DNA of 64,000 bases from Nitrosopumilaceae archaeon (GCA_965203465.1 CBDBCR010000001.1:128001-192000); one strand, 5' to 3'. Counted from the stretch's first letter, positions 1 to 10,254 are shown. The notes: generated by a model from the sequence alone, not told the origin. Numbers and translations: made by a program.

Positions 1-1226
1 TCCTAAAGAGGATAGCAAAGACCTCGATGCAGACCAAACTGGTCCGCAGGGATTCGGACATGCTCGCCGACATGGTGGTAAAGGCGGTCACCACGGTGGC
101 CGGCAAGGAGGGCGAGGCGTACTCTATCGACACCGACGACATAAAGGTGGAGAAAAAGGCCGGCGCGTCGATCTCGGATTCTGCGATGATAAAGGGCGTG
201 GTGCTGGACAAGGAGATCGTGCGCGCCGACATGCAAAAGCGCGTCTCGGGCGCCCGCATAGCGCTGGTCAGCGCGGCGCTGGAGATAAACAAGACCGAGA
301 CGGACGCAAAGATCAACATCCAGAACCCGCAGCAGATGAAGAGCTTTCTGGACGAGGAGAACCGCATGCTCAAGAACATGGTAGACAAGGTCATAGGCTC
401 GGGCGCCAACGTGGTGCTCTGCCAAAAGGGCATTGACGACATGGCCCAGCACTACCTGGCAAAGGCCGGCGTGGTGGCCGTGCGCCGCGTCAAGGAGAGC
501 GATCTTACAAAACTGGCAAAGGCGACGGGCGCGCGCATCGTGAACAACCTGGACGATCTGTTCGAAAAGGACTTGGGCGCGGCCGAGACCGTCGAGGAGC
601 GCAAGATAGAGGAGGACCGCTGGGTCTTCGTCGAAGGGTGCAGGCACCCGCGCGCCGTGACGGTGCTGCTGCGCGGCGGCTCGCAGAGGGTCGTAGACGA
701 GGTGGAGCGCTCCATCAACGACGCCGTAATGGTGGTAAAGGACGTGATGGAGGATCCGTCCATCGTGGCCGGCGGCGGGGCCCCCGAGACGTACGCGGCC
801 ACAAAGCTGCGCGGCTGGGCAAAGTCGCTAGAGGGCCGCGAGCAGCTGGCCGTCGAAAAGTTCGCCGACGCGCTCGAATCCATCCCACTGGCCCTAGCCG
901 AGAACGCCGGCATGGATCCGATAGACACGCTTGCCGCGCTGCGCTCGCGCCAGATGCGCGACGAAAAGTGGACCGGCATCGACGTGATGCGCGCGCGCGT
1001 CTCCAACATGAAGTCGGGCGACATTGTCGAGCCGCTGGCCGTAAAGCAGCAGGTGGTCTCCGCCGCCACCGAGGCCGCCTGCATGGTGCTGCGCATCGAC
1101 GATGTGGTGGTTACCGCAAAGTCTCCGTCCCCGCCTCCGGGCGGCGAGGGAGGCGGAATGGGCGGCGGCATGGGAGGCATGCCCGGTATGGGCGGCGGGA
1201 TGCCCGACATGGGCGGCATGATGTGA
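1..1226 (+). CDS. ths: Thermosome (group II chaperonin) subunit, 5'-truncated by the window edge
   Basis: Motifs GVVLDKE, GGGAPE and ENAGMDPID, plus a C-terminal GGM-repeat tail; the frame is open from position 3. Confidence 0.97.
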   Translation, partial: LKRIAKTSMQTKLVRRDSDMLADMVVKAVTTVAGKEGEAYSIDTDDIKVEKKAGASISDSAMIKGVVLDKEIVRADMQKRVSGARIALVSAALEINKTETDAKINIQNPQQMKSFLDEENRMLKNMVDKVIGSGANVVLCQKGIDDMAQHYLAKAGVVAVRRVKESDLTKLAKATGARIVNNLDDLFEKDLGAAETVEERKIEEDRWVFVEGCRHPRAVTVLLRGGSQRVVDEVERSINDAVMVVKDVMEDPSIVAGGGAPETYAATKLRGWAKSLEGREQLAVEKFADALESIPLALAENAGMDPIDTLAALRSRQMRDEKWTGIDVMRARVSNMKSGDIVEPLAVKQQVVSAATEAACMVLRIDDVVVTAKSPSPPPGGEGGGMGGGMGGMPGMGGGMPDMGGMM

Positions 1227-1510
1227 TCCCGCCCGGACTGGTCACGAAGCGGCGCGTTTTGGCGTCGGCGTACATAGCGGCGATGGTCGTGATGCTCTCC
1301 GGGACTTTCGCGCCGGCCGCGCGCGACACGCCCTGGGGTCCGGCCCTCGCCGGCGTGGGCATTCTGGCGCTGGCGGCCGCGGGCATGGCGGTCGTGTTTT
1401 TTGGGTTGCGAAGCGGCCGCCTTTGGGTCTCGGTAGTGTCGGCGGCCGCGGGCGTGGCGCTGGTCGCCAGGGCGGCGTGGCTCGTGTTGTACTTTGGGTA
1501 TCTATCCTAG
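1223..1510 (+). CDS. Small three-TM membrane protein, hypothetical
   Basis: GTG start overlaps the thermosome stop (GTGA); three hydrophobic segments. Confidence 0.6.
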   Translation: MIPPGLVTKRRVLASAYIAAMVVMLSGTFAPAARDTPWGPALAGVGILALAAAGMAVVFFGLRSGRLWVSVVSAAAGVALVARAAWLVLYFGYLS

Positions 1511-2964
1511 ACGTCAAAGTACAGGTAGAACTCGTGCGGGTGCGGCCTGACGGCTATCTCGCGGTGCTCTTTCCTTTCTATGGATATGAGCGTGTCTATC
1601 ACGTCGTCCGTGAATATGGGCAGCAGGAACTTGCGGTCGCTTTCCAGCTCGTCGAGCGCCTCGCCTAGGTTGGCCGGCAGCACCCCGATGCCGCGCTTTT
1701 TACGCTCGGCCTTTGTCATCTTGAAAATGTCCTCCTTTACCTGGTCGCCCGGGTCGGTCTTTTTCTTGACGCCGTCCAGGCCGGCGGCGAGCACCGCCGA
1801 GAACACCAGGTACGGGTTGGCGGACGGGTCCGGGGCGCGGAACTCTAGCCTCTTGAGGTGCGCGTAGCCGGCCCCCTTGAAGTGCTTGGGGACGCGCACG
1901 ATGGCGGACCTGTTGCTCGCGCTCCAGGCGATGTACACGGGCGCCTCGTAGCCGGGCACCAGCCTGTGGTACGAATTCGTGGTGGGGTTGGATATGGCAG
2001 AGAGCGCCCTCGCGTGGGATATTATCCCGCCGCAAAAGTACCTGCCCGTCTGGCTCAGCTCGTCCTCGGCGTCGGCGTCGTAGAACGCGTTCTCCTTGTT
2101 CTTCCAGAGGCTCACGTTGGTGTGCATCCCCGAGCCCGAATCCATCGATATGGGCTTTGGCATCATGGTCGCTATCTTGCCGTACTTTTGGGCTATGTTG
2201 CGTATGACGAACTTGTACGACTGCGTAGAGTCGGCCGAGTTGGTGAGCTTGTCGTACATGATGTCTATCTCGCACTGCCCGGCGGTGGCCACCTCGTGGT
2301 GGTGGTTGTCGCACAGTATCCCAAAGTCCTCCGTCAGCACGTTGACGCACTCGTTGCGGAACGGCGTGAGCGTGTCCGACGGCGTGCTCGGATAGTACCC
2401 CTCCTGCAGGCCCATGGGGTACCCGCGCCCCTCGTCGCTCCACGGGGCCTCCGCGGACTTTATGCTGTACGACTGCCCCTTGTACGGGGTCAGCACGTCC
2501 CAGTGGACCTCGTCAAAGACGAAAAACTCCACCTCGGGCCCCCAGTTGCTGTCGAAGCCCTGCGTCTTTAGGTACTTTTCGGCCTTTTGCGAGATGCCGC
2601 GCGGATCCCGGCCGAGCCTCCCCCTGCCCTGGCCCCAGTGCACGTCGCAGATGAGCCGCGCCGTCTTGTTGTCCTCGTACCAGGGTATCTTTGCGTACGT
2701 GTTGGGGTCCGGCTTTAGTATCAGGTCCGAATCGTCTATGCTGGTAAAGCCGACTATGGACGAGCCGTCGAGTTTGGGCAGGCCGTCGGCCATCTGCCCG
2801 CGGGTGAACGTGGCGGCCTGGATGGTGGTGTGGTGGTACCTCCCGGTCAGGCTGGTGAACTGCAGGTCTACGAACTTTATCCCGTCGTGCTGGATCATGG
2901 AAAAGACCTCGTCGGGCGAGTACGTTATGGCCTTTGGCTTGCCGTGGCTTATCTTGTATGGCAA
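1507..2964 (-). CDS. glnA: Glutamine synthetase type I (copy 1)
   Basis: Motifs DGSSI, GPEVEFFVFD, HHEVATAGQCEI, MPKP, RLVPGYEAP, NRSA and EFRAPD; TTG start (LPYKISHG) with a TTTAA-type TATA element upstream. Confidence 0.96.
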   Translation of the reverse strand: MPYKISHGKPKAITYSPDEVFSMIQHDGIKFVDLQFTSLTGRYHHTTIQAATFTRGQMADGLPKLDGSSIVGFTSIDDSDLILKPDPNTYAKIPWYEDNKTARLICDVHWGQGRGRLGRDPRGISQKAEKYLKTQGFDSNWGPEVEFFVFDEVHWDVLTPYKGQSYSIKSAEAPWSDEGRGYPMGLQEGYYPSTPSDTLTPFRNECVNVLTEDFGILCDNHHHEVATAGQCEIDIMYDKLTNSADSTQSYKFVIRNIAQKYGKIATMMPKPISMDSGSGMHTNVSLWKNKENAFYDADAEDELSQTGRYFCGGIISHARALSAISNPTTNSYHRLVPGYEAPVYIAWSASNRSAIVRVPKHFKGAGYAHLKRLEFRAPDPSANPYLVFSAVLAAGLDGVKKKTDPGDQVKEDIFKMTKAERKKRGIGVLPANLGEALDELESDRKFLLPIFTDDVIDTLISIERKEHREIAVRPHPHEFYLYFDV

Positions 2965-3028
2965 ATTCGGCCTGCCGCGGCGCGGCCGGCATTTAAGGAT
3001 TATTAGCGGGTGCGCCCAGCAGTACCCC

Positions 3029-3574
3029 GTGTCGGAGCAGGACGTGACCCTGGCCTCGCTGCACCACATGGCGCAGCGCGAGATAGAGGAGGACGGCATA
3101 CGGGAGCTGGAGCCGGGCACCCTGGGCCGGATAGCCGGGTTCATCGAGGGGGTGCGCTCGGCCGAGTACGGCCAGGCGGGCAACGGGGTGCGAGATTCGA
3201 TGGCGGCCATGGCCGCCGACCTCGCCGACCTGCTGGTCAACACGCGCATATCCAAGGCCCGCTCGGGCGCGCCGCGCGCCAACCTGACCGACGAGGAGCG
3301 CTACGTCTTCGAGATGTCCGAATCCTCGCAGGAGCGCCTCGACGAGGTGCTCTCGGCGGTCGCCCAGGGGCGGCCCGGCCTGCTCGATTCGCTGGCCGAG
3401 CGGCACCGGGCCAGGATCGTCACGGTGCGGTTTCTGTCCGACGTCGACGAGTTCGTCGGCTCGGACGCGGGCGCCTACGGGCCGTTCAAGGCCGAGGACG
3501 TGGCCACGGTCCCGTACAACAACGCCGAGGCGCTCGTCGCCAGCGGGTCGGCCGCGCGCGTGCGGGCTAGGTAA
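3029..3574 (+). CDS. GINS complex subunit (Gins51/Gins15-like)
   Basis: NLTDEER helix and C-terminal VRFLSDVDEFVG...YGPFKAEDVATVPYNNAEALV B-domain. Confidence 0.8.
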   Translation: MSEQDVTLASLHHMAQREIEEDGIRELEPGTLGRIAGFIEGVRSAEYGQAGNGVRDSMAAMAADLADLLVNTRISKARSGAPRANLTDEERYVFEMSESSQERLDEVLSAVAQGRPGLLDSLAERHRARIVTVRFLSDVDEFVGSDAGAYGPFKAEDVATVPYNNAEALVASGSAARVRAR

Positions 3575-3600
3575 AAATTATCCGCCGCCCGGGCGCGGCC

Positions 3601-3882
3601 GTGTCCCACACGGGCGTCGAGGTGTTCGACTTTCTGCTGCTCACCGTGTACCCGGTGGCCGGGCTGCTCGCGGTGGAGCTTGCGTGCAGGGGAGTGCGCG
3701 CGCCAAAGTGGGCAAAGCTGTGGGCGCAGGCGGCAGTCTCGGTCGGCTTTGCCGTCGCGTACCTTACGTTTCCCGGGGATCAGAGCCTGCCGCTGACCGC
3801 CGCGGTCCTGCTGGCGCTCGCGGTCGCGCTCGCGTACCAGGGGCGGCGCGCGCGCGTATCGCCGGAAAAGTCGCCCTACTAG
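3601..3882 (+). CDS. Small three-TM membrane protein, hypothetical
   Basis: Hydrophobic 93-aa ORF with host-like codon usage. Confidence 0.7.
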   Translation: MSHTGVEVFDFLLLTVYPVAGLLAVELACRGVRAPKWAKLWAQAAVSVGFAVAYLTFPGDQSLPLTAAVLLALAVALAYQGRRARVSPEKSPY

Positions 3883-4103
3883 CCGAACCTGCCGAAGATG
3901 CGGCGCAGGAAGTTGGGCCTGTCCCTGCCGCCGTCGCGTATTATCTTGGTCTCCCCGAACCTTCTTGCCCTGATCTGGGTGAGCTTTACGCACCGGTGCT
4001 CCTCGGGCAGCCTGTGCTCGGGGCAGAAACTGTCCCTGCAGTAGTTGCAGTGGAACGGCATGTCGGTCTCGTCGCCGCAGTACGCGCACTCTTCGAGCTT
4101 CAC
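3879..4103 (-). CDS. AN1-type zinc finger protein
   Basis: CxxC...CxxC...FCPEHRLPEEHxC pattern. Confidence 0.9.
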   Translation of the reverse strand: MKLEECAYCGDETDMPFHCNYCRDSFCPEHRLPEEHRCVKLTQIRARRFGETKIIRDGGRDRPNFLRRIFGRFG

Positions 4104-4152
4104 GGCCGGCCCTCGCGCCGCCGGGTTTTAAAAAGTTAGGCCCAGCCCCGGT

Positions 4153-5865
4153 TCAGAACAGCTTGTACAGGCGGCCCATGGGCACGCTTTTGGCCGGCTC
4201 CGCCGTGGCCGCCTTGCCGTCCACCCTCACCTCGTAGGTCTCGGGGTTTACTGTTATCCGGGGGGCGAGGTCGTTGTGGAGCATGTCCTTTTTTCCCACC
4301 GACCGGCACCCCTCGACGGGGACCAGCTCCTTGTGCGTGTCCAGCTTTGAGGCCAGCCCCGACTCCAGGGCCAGTTTCGAGGTGAACGTGACCGAGACGG
4401 ACTGCTTGGCCCGGCCCAGGGCCCCGAACATGGGCCTGTGGTAGACGGGCTCGACGGTCGGTATCGAGGCGTTGGGATCCCCCATGAGCGCGTAGGCTAT
4501 CATGCCGCCCTTTATGACCAGCTTTGGGCGCACGCCGAAAAACTGCGGCGTCCAGACCACGATGTCGGCGAGCTTGCCCGGCTCGAGCGACCCCACGTGG
4601 GCGGAGATCCCGTGGGTTATGGCGGGGTTGATTGTTATCTTTGCCAGGTACCTCTTGGCGCGCAGGTTGTCGCTGCCGGGCCGCTCGCCGGCAAGCGGGC
4701 CCGCGGACCTTTTCATCTTGTCGGCAGTCTGCCAGTTGCGGACCGTCACCTCGCCCACGCGCCCCATGGCCTGGCTGTCCGAGGACATCATGCTCAATAC
4801 CCCCATGTCGTGGAGAACGTCTTCGGCTGCGATCGTCTCGCCGCGTATCCGGGATTCTGCGAATTCGACGTCCTCGGGGACCGAGGGGTTGAGGTGGTGG
4901 CAGACCATCATCATGTCCAGGTGCTCCGAGAGCGTGTTCGCGGTGTACGGCCTGGTAGGGTTGGTCGAGGAGGGCAGCACGTTGGGCTCGCCGGCTATGC
5001 GCATGATGTCGGGCGCGTGGCCGCCGCCGGCGCCCTCGGTGTGGTAGGTGTGTATGGTGCGGCCGGCGATTGCCGCTATGGTGTCGTCTACGAAACCGCA
5101 CTCGTTGAGCGTGTCGGTGTGGATGGCCACCTGCGTGTCGGTCCTGTCGGCCACGCGCAGCGCCGCGTCTATGGTGGCCGGCGTGGTGCCCCAGTCCTCG
5201 TGCAGTTTCAGGCCGCAGGCGCCGGCTGCCACCTGCTCCATCAGGGGCTCCTCGCGCGCGTCGTTGCCCTTGCACAGAAACCCCATGTTGAGCGGGAACT
5301 CTTCGGCGGCCTCGATCATCCTGCGGATGTTCCACTCGCCGGGCGTGCAGGTGGTCGCGCGCGTCCCGTCGGCCGGGCCGGTGCCGCCGCCTATCATGGT
5401 GGTAGTGCCGCCGCAGACGGCCTCGAACGCCTGCTGCGGAGATATGAAGTGCACGTGCGAATCGACCGCGCCGGGCGTGCATATGGCGTGCTCGCCCGAG
5501 ATCACCTCCGTGCTCGACGATACGGTCATGTCCACGCCGTCCATGATGTCGGGGTTGCCCGCGTGCCCCACGCCGGCTATCCTGCCGTCGCGTATGCCGA
5601 TGTCGGCCTTTAGTATGCCGAGGACCGGATCCATCACTATCGCGTTGGTGATGACCGCGTCGAGCGAGCCGGCGCGGGGCGCGCCGGAGGCCTGCGCCAT
5701 GCCGTCCCTGACGCTCTTGCCCCCGCCAAAGACCGCCTCGTCGCCGTACCTGCCCAGGTCCTTTTCGATCTCTATGAAGAGCTCCGTGTCGGCCAGGCGC
5801 ACCCTGTCGCCCGTGGTGGGCCCGAACAGGCTCGCGTACCTTTCGCGCGGTATCGACAGGGTCAC
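4153..5865 (-). CDS. ureC: Urease subunit alpha
   Basis: Motifs [43 protein letters not shown] and [11 protein letters not shown]. Confidence 0.99.
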   Translation of the reverse strand: MTLSIPRERYASLFGPTTGDRVRLADTELFIEIEKDLGRYGDEAVFGGGKSVRDGMAQASGAPRAGSLDAVITNAIVMDPVLGILKADIGIRDGRIAGVGHAGNPDIMDGVDMTVSSSTEVISGEHAICTPGAVDSHVHFISPQQAFEAVCGGTTTMIGGGTGPADGTRATTCTPGEWNIRRMIEAAEEFPLNMGFLCKGNDAREEPLMEQVAAGACGLKLHEDWGTTPATIDAALRVADRTDTQVAIHTDTLNECGFVDDTIAAIAGRTIHTYHTEGAGGGHAPDIMRIAGEPNVLPSSTNPTRPYTANTLSEHLDMMMVCHHLNPSVPEDVEFAESRIRGETIAAEDVLHDMGVLSMMSSDSQAMGRVGEVTVRNWQTADKMKRSAGPLAGERPGSDNLRAKRYLAKITINPAITHGISAHVGSLEPGKLADIVVWTPQFFGVRPKLVIKGGMIAYALMGDPNASIPTVEPVYHRPMFGALGRAKQSVSVTFTSKLALESGLASKLDTHKELVPVEGCRSVGKKDMLHNDLAPRITVNPETYEVRVDGKAATAEPAKSVPMGRLYKLF

Positions 5866-6224
5866 GCAAAGCCCCCCTCTTTGGCGCGCCGCAGGGCCTC
5901 TTCCTCGTTTCCGTCCAGCGGGCCGTTGACCAGCCCGCTGAACCCGTACACGGCCCGCCTGCCCGCGTAGTCTACCAGCTCCACCTCCTTGGTGTCGCCC
6001 GGCTCGAACCGCACGGAAGTGCCCGCCGGTATGTTTAGGTGGCGCCCGTACGCCTCTTTCCTGTCGAAGGAAAGCCCCTTGTTGACCTCGAAAAAGTGCG
6101 TGTGCGATCCCACTTGGACGGGCCTGTCGCCCTTGTTGGAGACGCGCACCGACGCGGTGTTTCTTCCGGCGTTGGCCTTGATGTCGCCGTCCGCCAAAAG
6201 ATACTCGCCCGGCTTCAACGTCAC
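5862..6224 (-). CDS. ureB: Urease subunit beta
   Basis: Motifs [21 protein letters not shown] and [13 protein letters not shown]; GTGA overlap with the ureA stop. Confidence 0.97.
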   Translation of the reverse strand: MTLKPGEYLLADGDIKANAGRNTASVRVSNKGDRPVQVGSHTHFFEVNKGLSFDRKEAYGRHLNIPAGTSVRFEPGDTKEVELVDYAGRRAVYGFSGLVNGPLDGNEEEALRRAKEGGFA

Positions 6225-6520
6225 ACCACCGGGTCGTGGACGGTGACCAGCTTCGTGCCGTCCTCGAACGTCGCCTCTACCTGTATCGACCGTATCAGGT
6301 CTGCCACCCCGGGCAGCACGTCCTCCTTGGATACCACGCCCCTGCCCGAGCTCATCAGCTCCGATACGGACCTGCCGTCGCGCGCCCCCTCCATTATGTG
6401 GTCGGCTATCAGGGCCGAGGCCTCCGGGTGGTTGAGTTTCAGCCCGCGCTCTTTCCTGCGCCGCGCGAGCTGGGCCGCCACGAACACGTTCAGCTTGTCC
6501 GCATCGCCGGGGGCAAACAC
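6221..6520 (-). CDS. ureA: Urease subunit gamma
   Basis: Motifs [16 protein letters not shown] and [18 protein letters not shown]; GTG start about 25 nt below a TTATATA box. Confidence 0.96.
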   Translation of the reverse strand: MFAPGDADKLNVFVAAQLARRRKERGLKLNHPEASALIADHIMEGARDGRSVSELMSSGRGVVSKEDVLPGVADLIRSIQVEATFEDGTKLVTVHDPVV

Positions 6521-6541
6521 GGGGGTGCTTGGGCGCTGCCG

Positions 6542-6555
6542 TATATAACAAATTC
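6542..6555 (-). promoter_or_regulatory. Archaeal TATA-box promoter for ureABC
   Basis: Minus-strand AATTTGTTATATA lies 22-35 nt upstream of the ureA GTG. Confidence 0.6.
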
Positions 6556-6781
6556 TGGAGATGCGGGCTTTGCGAATCTGGGCGCGGCGTTTGCCTGCGT
6601 CGGGGCCGCGCCCCTGCCTGACGGACGCCTTTTGTTTCGATGCTCGGCGGAAGGGGTGGATCTTGTGCCCCCGTCTTGCTGGCAGCCCGAACGCGTACTC
6701 CCGCATCGGTTATGTCCAAAATATAGTATCGGAGGTTGATTTTCGGTAAAGATCTAAATAATGGCACGCTGGCGGGGTGCC

Positions 6782-7243
6782 GTGGCGAAGGAGTTCCTCC
6801 CCAACGTGAGCATAACCCGCCTGCGCAACATGCAAAAGAAAGAAAAGGATCCAAAGGCCTCGAGCAGACTGCTGGTGTGCATACACAGGAAGCAGGGAAA
6901 GACGATCATGGAGATAGCAGACACCCTGAACATCCCGCGCAGCACGGTGACCGACTGGATAAAGAACATCGGGAAGGGCGGTCTGGGCAAGAGATACGAC
7001 GTAAAGAACAAGGGGGCCGCGTGCAAGCTAAGCAAGCGCCAGCTCGAGGCGCTCGAGCGGGATCTGGAAGCCGGCCCCGCGGCGGTCGGGCTCGGAGAGG
7101 ACGCTTGGACGATACCGCTTGTTAGGGCGCACATCAAGAAAAAGTTCCGCGTAGAGTACCATGTCAGATCCGTCTGGGATCTGGTGAGGAGGCTGGGCTT
7201 CGTGTACGAGTCCGGCGCTCCCACTTTGCGATTTACCTTCTGA
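6782..7243 (+). mobile_element. IS630-family transposase N-terminal HTH region only (no DDE domain)
   Basis: [35 protein letters not shown] followed by WTIPLVRAHIKKKFRVEYHVRSVWDLVRRLGF winged HTH; the ORF stops where the DDE domain normally begins. Alternative start at 6761. Confidence 0.85.
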
Positions 7244-7315
7244 CCGGGGCAAGACGCTAGCGGATATGGGTTTTCGTGTACGAGCCCGGCGCCCCCGCTT
7301 TACGATAGTCTTCTG
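7195..7315 (+). repeat. Imperfect ~48-bp direct repeat (7195-7242 and 7268-7315)
   Basis: gggcttcgtgtacgagtccggcgctcccactttgcgat versus gggttttcgtgtacgagcccggcgcccccgctttacgat. Confidence 0.85.
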
Positions 7316-7476
7316 CCTCGCGGTTCTGCCGATCCCCGCCCGATCTGTTTGCGTTTGGGACGGCAGGGCCGGATCCGGCCCGGGGCGGGCCCCGTCACGC
7401 GGCCGTCCGGATGCCGCATTCTTGTAGTGCTCCCTTGAAAGCCAAGACATAATTTACGCGCCCGCCGCCCGCGCGC

Positions 7477-7953
7477 GTGCTTTACGCCACATCGGTCTCG
7501 GGCAACGTCCTGCGGGGGGACGCGCCGGGCCCGGCCGAATCGATGGACCGCGTCCGGCTCTCCAGGCAAGAGCTGCAAAAGGCGCGCATCCGCAGGCGCA
7601 CCGAGCGCGGCGCCGACCTGGGCGTGGCCCTGGAGCGGGGCTCCCGGCTGCGCCACGGCGATGTGCTGACCGACGGCAGCAGTTTCGTGGTGGTAGAACA
7701 GGCCCCCGAAAAGGTGCTCGTGGCAAGGTGGCCCGAGGGCGCGCCGCCCGAGACGGCGGCCCTGCTCGGCCACGCGGTCGGCAACCTGCACAGGCCGCTG
7801 TCCGTTGAGGGGGGCGCGGCCGCGTTTCCCATCCAGGCCGACTCGGAAATCGAGATGTTCGGAAAGATGCTTTCGGGGCTCGGGGTGGAGCTGTCAGTGC
7901 AGGAGCGGGTCTTTTGCCCGCACGAGGGGGCCGACGTGCATGGACACGACTGA
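7477..7953 (+). CDS. ureE: Urease accessory protein UreE
   Basis: Motifs LRHGDVL and GHAVGNLHRP; short His-containing tail. Confidence 0.92.
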   Translation: MLYATSVSGNVLRGDAPGPAESMDRVRLSRQELQKARIRRRTERGADLGVALERGSRLRHGDVLTDGSSFVVVEQAPEKVLVARWPEGAPPETAALLGHAVGNLHRPLSVEGGAAAFPIQADSEIEMFGKMLSGLGVELSVQERVFCPHEGADVHGHD

Positions 7954-8635
7954 GCTTCCCCCGGACGTATCCATGATGCAGCTGGCAGACTCGCTCTTTC
8001 CGTCGGGCATGTTTTCTGTATCCAACGGTATAGAGTCGCTCTTCCAGGACGGCCGGGTGGGCTCTGCGCGCGAGCTGTCCTGCGTCGTGAGGGTCTCGAT
8101 AGAGCAGCAGGCCGGCCCGTGCGACGCGGTAGCGCTCGGTTGCGCCCACAGGGCCGCGGAGGCGGGCGACCTGGACGCGTTGCTCCGGACGGACGCGCGG
8201 TACCTCTCGTTCAGGACGGTGCGCGAGGCGCGCGAGGCGGCCGTGCGCTCCGGCGCGCAGCTTGCAAGGTGCGTGGCGCAGTTTTCCGGCGACCGGACGC
8301 TAAAGAGATACCTCGAAGAGGTGTCCGCCGGCCGCGCGTCGGGCATATACCCCGTCTCGCTGGGGGCAAGCTGCTGCGCGTTGGGCGTCGAAAGAAAGGC
8401 CGCCGCGCGCGTGCTCTTGTACGGGTTCGCCGCCTCGTGCGTGGGCGCCGCGCTGCGCCTCGGCGTCATACAGCACTTTGAGGGGCAGCAGGTGCTCCAC
8501 GGCCTGCGGGGTACGATAGCGCGGGCCGCGGGCGGCGCCGACCTGGACGCGTCGGAGATGTGGCAGTTTGCCCCGCAGCTGGAGATAAACCAAATGGCGC
8601 ACGAGGGGCGCGATTCAAACATGTTCGCGACATGA
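7940..8635 (+). CDS. ureF: Urease accessory protein UreF
   Basis: Motifs QLADSLFPSGMFSVSNGIES, GAALRLG and a C-terminal MAHE...MFAT. Confidence 0.93.
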   Translation: MDTTELPPDVSMMQLADSLFPSGMFSVSNGIESLFQDGRVGSARELSCVVRVSIEQQAGPCDAVALGCAHRAAEAGDLDALLRTDARYLSFRTVREAREAAVRSGAQLARCVAQFSGDRTLKRYLEEVSAGRASGIYPVSLGASCCALGVERKAAARVLLYGFAASCVGAALRLGVIQHFEGQQVLHGLRGTIARAAGGADLDASEMWQFAPQLEINQMAHEGRDSNMFAT

Positions 8636-9291
8636 GAGGTATGGCGGGCAGGATTCCACGGATGGGTATAGGCGGGCCGGTGGGCTCGGGCAAGAGCATG
8701 CTGATAGAGAGGCTCGTGCCGCTGCTGGCCGGCCGCGGGTACAGCACCAGCATAATATCAAACGACGTCATATCAAAAGAGGACGCTGACAGAATGAGGG
8801 CAAACCTTGCCACCGAGCGCGGCCTGCTGCCGGAAAACCTGGTCGTGGGCCTCGCCACCGGCGGCTGCCCGCACACGGCCGTCCGCGAGGATCCGTCCAT
8901 GAACATGTCCGTAGTCGAAGAGATGGAGCGCGACCACCCCGAGCTGGATCTGATCATAATAGAGAGCGGCGGCGACAACATCACCACCACGTTCAGCCCG
9001 CTCCTCGTCGACTACTTCGTGTACGTGATAGACGTGGCCGGCGGCGACAAATACCCCCGCAAGGGCGGCCTGGGGATACAGAGCTGCGACCTGCTAGTGA
9101 TAAACAAGACCGACCTTGCCCCGCACGTGGGCGCCGACCTGGACGTGATGCGGAGGGACGCCGAAAAGCTCCGGGGGCAGAAGCCGCTCGCCTTTGTCAA
9201 CTGCAGGGCAGGCCGGGGCGTGGAAAGAGTGGCCGAGCTGGTGGTGCGTGACCTGCTGCTCGGCGCGAGCCCAAAGGGCGGTCGGGCTTGA
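8632..9291 (+). CDS. ureG: Urease accessory GTPase UreG
   Basis: Motifs GGPVGSGKS, TGGCPHTAVRED, ESGGDN and NKTD. Confidence 0.97.
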   Translation: MRGMAGRIPRMGIGGPVGSGKSMLIERLVPLLAGRGYSTSIISNDVISKEDADRMRANLATERGLLPENLVVGLATGGCPHTAVREDPSMNMSVVEEMERDHPELDLIIIESGGDNITTTFSPLLVDYFVYVIDVAGGDKYPRKGGLGIQSCDLLVINKTDLAPHVGADLDVMRRDAEKLRGQKPLAFVNCRAGRGVERVAELVVRDLLLGASPKGGRA

Positions 9292-10073
9292 AAGCGGCAG
9301 CGCACGCCGGCACGCGCGGCCGGCTGAGGCTGGCCTTCGGCCTGGACGGGCGGAGGACCGTCCTGCGGGAGCAGTTTTCCGAGGCGCCGCTCCACTCGCA
9401 GAGGGCGCTGTACTTGGGGCCGGGGGGCATGGCGCACGTGTACGTCATGTCGAGCTCGGGCGGCATACTGCGCGGGGACAGCCACCGGATCGACGTGGAG
9501 GTCGGAGCCGGGGCGGCCGCGCGCCTGGCCACGCAGGGGGCCACGCGCATATACGGCATGGACGGCGGCTCGGCCGAGCAGTCGATCCGGATTGAAGTCT
9601 TCGAGGGTGGGTACCTGGAACTGGTCCCCGATCCGGTCATACCGTACGGGGGCTCTAGGTTCAGCCAATACACGGAGCTCGTGATGCACGGGGGCGCCGC
9701 GGCAGTCTGCACCGAGGTGGTGTCTCCGGGGCGCGTGGCCATGGGGGAATCCCTAGGGTACGACCTGCTGCGCCTGGACACGCGGGCAGTCTCGGGGGAC
9801 GGCGCGCCGCTGGTGACCGACTCTGCGGTTCTGCGGCCCGGCAGTCTGGAGCAGTTCGGCGTGCTCGGCGGGCGCCGCGCGTTCGGCACCGCCTACGTGC
9901 TCTGCCCCGGCTCGGCCGAGCTGCTGCCCCGCGTATCCGAGCTGGTCTCTGGCTGCGGCGGGGCAAGCGAGCTGCCCCGCGGCGCCGGGCTGCTGGTGCG
10001 CGTGATAGGCGACGAGTCGGCAGAAAAGGTAAGGCGGGTGGCCTCCCTGGTCAGGGCTTTCCGGCTGGGCTGA
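9288..10073 (+). CDS. ureD: Urease accessory protein UreD
   Basis: Motifs SSGGILRGD, TQGATRIY, PDPVIPY and PGRVAMGE. Confidence 0.92.
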   Translation: MKAAAHAGTRGRLRLAFGLDGRRTVLREQFSEAPLHSQRALYLGPGGMAHVYVMSSSGGILRGDSHRIDVEVGAGAAARLATQGATRIYGMDGGSAEQSIRIEVFEGGYLELVPDPVIPYGGSRFSQYTELVMHGGAAAVCTEVVSPGRVAMGESLGYDLLRLDTRAVSGDGAPLVTDSAVLRPGSLEQFGVLGGRRAFGTAYVLCPGSAELLPRVSELVSGCGGASELPRGAGLLVRVIGDESAEKVRRVASLVRAFRLG

Positions 10074-10254
10074 CCGGGCGCCCGCCCATTAGCAGGCTGC
10101 GCGAGCGCAGGGTCTTGCGCAGCAGCACGAACCCCAAAGCGGCGGTGGCCGCGCCGAACAGTATGTTGACCACGTTGGCGTCGCTGCCCGTAGAGAGCAT
10201 CGTGAACGCGAGCCTGAGCACCATCATGGTGCCCCCCAGCCCAAAGATCATCAT
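10051..10254 (-). CDS. Possible small two-TM membrane protein
   Basis: The hydrophobic ORF MMIFGLGG...LGFVLLRK fills the gap between ureD and the SDR gene. Confidence 0.4.
   Translation of the reverse strand: MMIFGLGGTMMVLRLAFTMLSTGSDANVVNILFGAATAALGFVLLRKTLRSRSLLMGGRPVSPAGKP

Noticed and set aside
1140-1226. GGM low-complexity repeat
   Set aside because: This is the normal chaperonin C-terminal tail.
7195-7315. DGR template/variable repeat pair
   Set aside because: The repeat is short, the mismatches are not confined to adenines of one copy, and no reverse transcriptase is present in the window.
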